A stretch of 64,000 nucleotides of DNA, taken from Nitrospirales bacterium. Lineage in GTDB: Bacteria > Nitrospirota > Nitrospiria > Nitrospirales > UBA8639. Of the stretch, positions 61,345 through 64,000 are shown piece after piece. The stretch is taken from NCBI GenBank assembly GCA_965203295.1, contig CBDBCZ010000017.1, forward strand, positions 96,001-160,000. The letters are read 5' to 3'. The notes under the pieces are model-generated. The model saw nothing but the letters and a program-made list of their open reading frames with translations, did no database searches and was not told the origin of the DNA. The translations under genes were made by a program, and so were the position numbers. Every line of letters begins with the position of its first letter. The first letter of the stretch is position 1.

Positions 61345-61700
61345 ATTTTTGCGGACAATTTTTTGCGAACAGTGTTTTGCAGACAGCTCTTTTTCCAACA
61401 ATTTTTGCGGACAATGTCATGTATTTGCAGGCAGTTTTTGCGGATAGTGTTTGTGAGCAGTGTTTTGTGAACAGTGCTTTGCGGACAGTGTTTTGCGGAC
61501 AGTGTTACGGACAGTGTTTTGCGGACATTGTTTTGCGGACAGTGTTTTGTGGACGGTGTTTTGCGGACAGTGTTACGGACAGTGTTTTGCGGACAGTGAC
61601 AGTGTTATGGACAGTGTTTTGCGGACAATTCTTTTCCAGTTTTTGCAGAAAATTTTTGTGGACATTTTGCAAAATGTTTTTGCGGGCAGTTCTTTTTCCA
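61345..61700. repeat. Short-period (~14 bp) tandem repeat
   Basis: TGTTTTGCGGACAG and variants repeated. Confidence 0.85.
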
Positions 61701-63238
61701 GTTTTTGCGAACGTTTTTTTAAAAGACAGTTTTCTGCGCAAGGTTTTTGTCGACAGTTTGTTTGCCTCAGTTTTCCTGTACAAGTTCATTTTACAATCAC
61801 ATTTTACCATATTCATTACGGCACACACAATATTCCTTGTTTACTTACACCACTCTGTTCAGCAAGTTAAGACTTCCTTTCCCGCAAACTAAAGGAAACT
61901 TACCACTGGGTAAGTAGTGAGGGCACATTCTTTGGATTCGCCCAAAGAATCTGTAAACTACCACCCCTGGTTCCCAAGGCCAGGTACCCATGCAGTCCCC
62001 TCTGTGTTTTGCATGGAGGGGACAATTTTATTACGCAAAAATTTAGAAATCAGAATACACATGTGAATGTATACACTTCGTATGATTCAGAATATTGTTT
62101 TGCAAGACAATAAAACGATTTTTTTTGGCTGTGCATGTGCTTTGGTTGTGTTTTGTTTCTGTCTTTATGGATTGTCTAGTTGTGGTGTTTGTGTATTCGT
62201 TAGGGGAGTACGTACGTATGGGATTGCTTTCTGTACGACCCGGCATGTCACACAGGAAATTTAGGGTAGTATAGGATAGGGCAGAATTTTCCTTTAATCA
62301 TGAAATTCTGCCCTATTCTATACTATACCCTGTACCTGAAATACCAGTCAAATTTCCTTGTAACGCATTTCAGGAAACTCCACTTTTTTTCCCTGTGTCA
62401 GAATTTTAGCATATGTAACATATTTGTTGATCTGCATGTACGATACATGTGATTGTTAGGCCTTCAGACCTGTACAATAGTTAGTCTCTCACTCACAGTA
62501 CCCGATATCACTCTATTGGCAGATCAGATTCGGTGAGCAGCCACCTTTTTGGCGCACAACATAGCTATCTGACTATTCCCAGGAGACTCTTTCAGCTACG
62601 TACCGATTAGCTATTGGTTTGTTTGTTCCCAGAATATTTGCTCAAGCCCACGTACATGTATCTTTCTCATAGAACTATACAGATGTAGAATTAGGATCAA
62701 AGAAATGAGTATACTAAAAAAAATATTGTGCGCCAGGAGTCACTCAGTTGGCAATCTTTAGTACTGCTATTACAATCAGTGCTTTGACTATATTATGTGG
62801 AGGTAGATATTACGTTCACCTAATGAGAGGAATTTGTATAGGAATGCCGATATTGCTTCTATAGGGTATAGGTTGTGTGTACTAGTGCACGAGGCTATAG
62901 TGCACGCATGTCTTGATCACCAAATTAAAGCTTAATTCTTATTATTATTACCCAAGATGCAGTACCTAGCCCGGAACTAGGCTTCGAGGGAAGGTTGACG
63001 GTCCCTAAGAGCCTGCGTGGATTTCAGACTAGACAGTATGATATACGACTCCAAAGAGTTTCTCTTGCTATCAATAAACTACAAATACTATACGAGTGCA
63101 TAATATTAAGTGTACAGGCATGCATAAAGTTAACACTGCATGGTCATCTATCTAACAGTGATCAGTACACTATACAGTATAAATTCTAAGTCACTTCCAT
63201 CTAGCTAATTCCTGAACACACCAGCATGGTTGTGAATT

Positions 63239-63585
63239 TCAAACTTGCATCTGTGTTCCAGTAAAAACGTACATGCCTCCACTTGGCTCCTGACTAAGGG
63301 TCACCTCCAAGCCATTGGGGTACTTGGTGATGTCAAACTCCATCAGTGATGAAGCTATTTCCAGAGATGGAAAGACGTCTCCAACCTTCATGTTACGAAC
63401 TATTCCAAAATAGAGAATGGGCCTTAGCACCAGAACAGCTTGGTCACCAGGCAGGACACCTCTTTGAATCATGAGCGGGCTGTCACTCTTATAGAGAGAA
63501 ACATCATACTTTCGACCGGACCAGCAGGGTGGACGTGCATTCCGCACCACAATCTCACCATTGGGATTGGCTGGGACATTGTGCA
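63239..63585 (-). CDS. Last exon of a paralog of the 57728-59617 protein; first exon probably beyond the right edge
   Basis: IVVRN..P..WSG..YDVSLYK....L..QRGV.PG.QA.LVL.PILYFG...VGDVF.SLE...FD..K.PNGLEVTL...G.YVFTG aligns with exon 58128-57728; acceptor CAG in the same phase 1. Confidence 0.8.
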
Positions 63586-64000
63586 CTGTAGTGAAACATG
63601 ACATCATAATACTAATAGGACACTTTAAGAGGGGCTGCTACATGAACTCCAGAGAGTAGGAGCATCTGAAAATGTCATCTGGTTTCATGCACTACTATAA
63701 TCATTATATAGCACTGAATTATTACACACACACACAGGAAAAGATCCACTTACAGAATCTGGATCGCAGCCCATTAATAATTATTGGGGTTAGATGCTCC
63801 AATGTCTGTTTAGGGTTCTTGCACCCCTAGCATAATATTCATGTAGTTATGTTCGGATCATGCGTGCATGCACTCTTGCATGAAATGGTTGCTGTATGCA
63901 TGTCTGCCTTTTGATCTGAGTGTGAAAATGGTACCATGCAGCTATAAGACTATATTGCACTAACGTTAACGAGCACTACTCTGCAAGCTTTATGTCTGAG

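Noticed and set aside
61263..61892. 209-aa ORF
   Set aside because: Arises from a 14-bp tandem repeat.

Overview
Eukaryotic (animal) genomic DNA: spliceosomal introns, dense MITE/Helitron content, no prokaryotic operons. A non-bilaterian such as a demosponge is plausible but is inference only. The window is dominated by a head-to-tail tandem duplication (unit A ~1.5-24.3 kb, unit B ~24.4-53.2 kb). Each unit carries an intact 11-exon, 442-aa divergent pterin-dependent aromatic amino acid hydroxylase (AAAH), an intronless carbonyl reductase (CBR1-type SDR), an intronless NNMT/INMT/PNMT-family methyltransferase and a HINT2-like gene. The block is flanked on the left by the first coding exon of a more canonical PAH-like gene and on the right by a complete iodotyrosine deiodinase (IYD) gene, whose 3' end was also duplicated. 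The duplicated hydroxylases keep the iron ligands but have altered regulatory, pterin-loop and substrate-pocket residues. Their tight linkage with a small-molecule methyltransferase, a reductase and a halotyrosine dehalogenase makes this a candidate host-encoded gene cluster for aromatic amino acid/amine modification; this is the main hypothesis and is untested. Other points: a templated insert at the duplication junction, copy-specific active-site substitutions, a TIR element carrying a kinase fragment, a truncated spliced Helitron gene upstream of CBR copy B, a MITE that supplies a new stop codon, tandem repeats repeatedly anchored on splice sites, and two paralogs of an uncharacterised protein at the right end. 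Exons were read by hand; no database searches were run.
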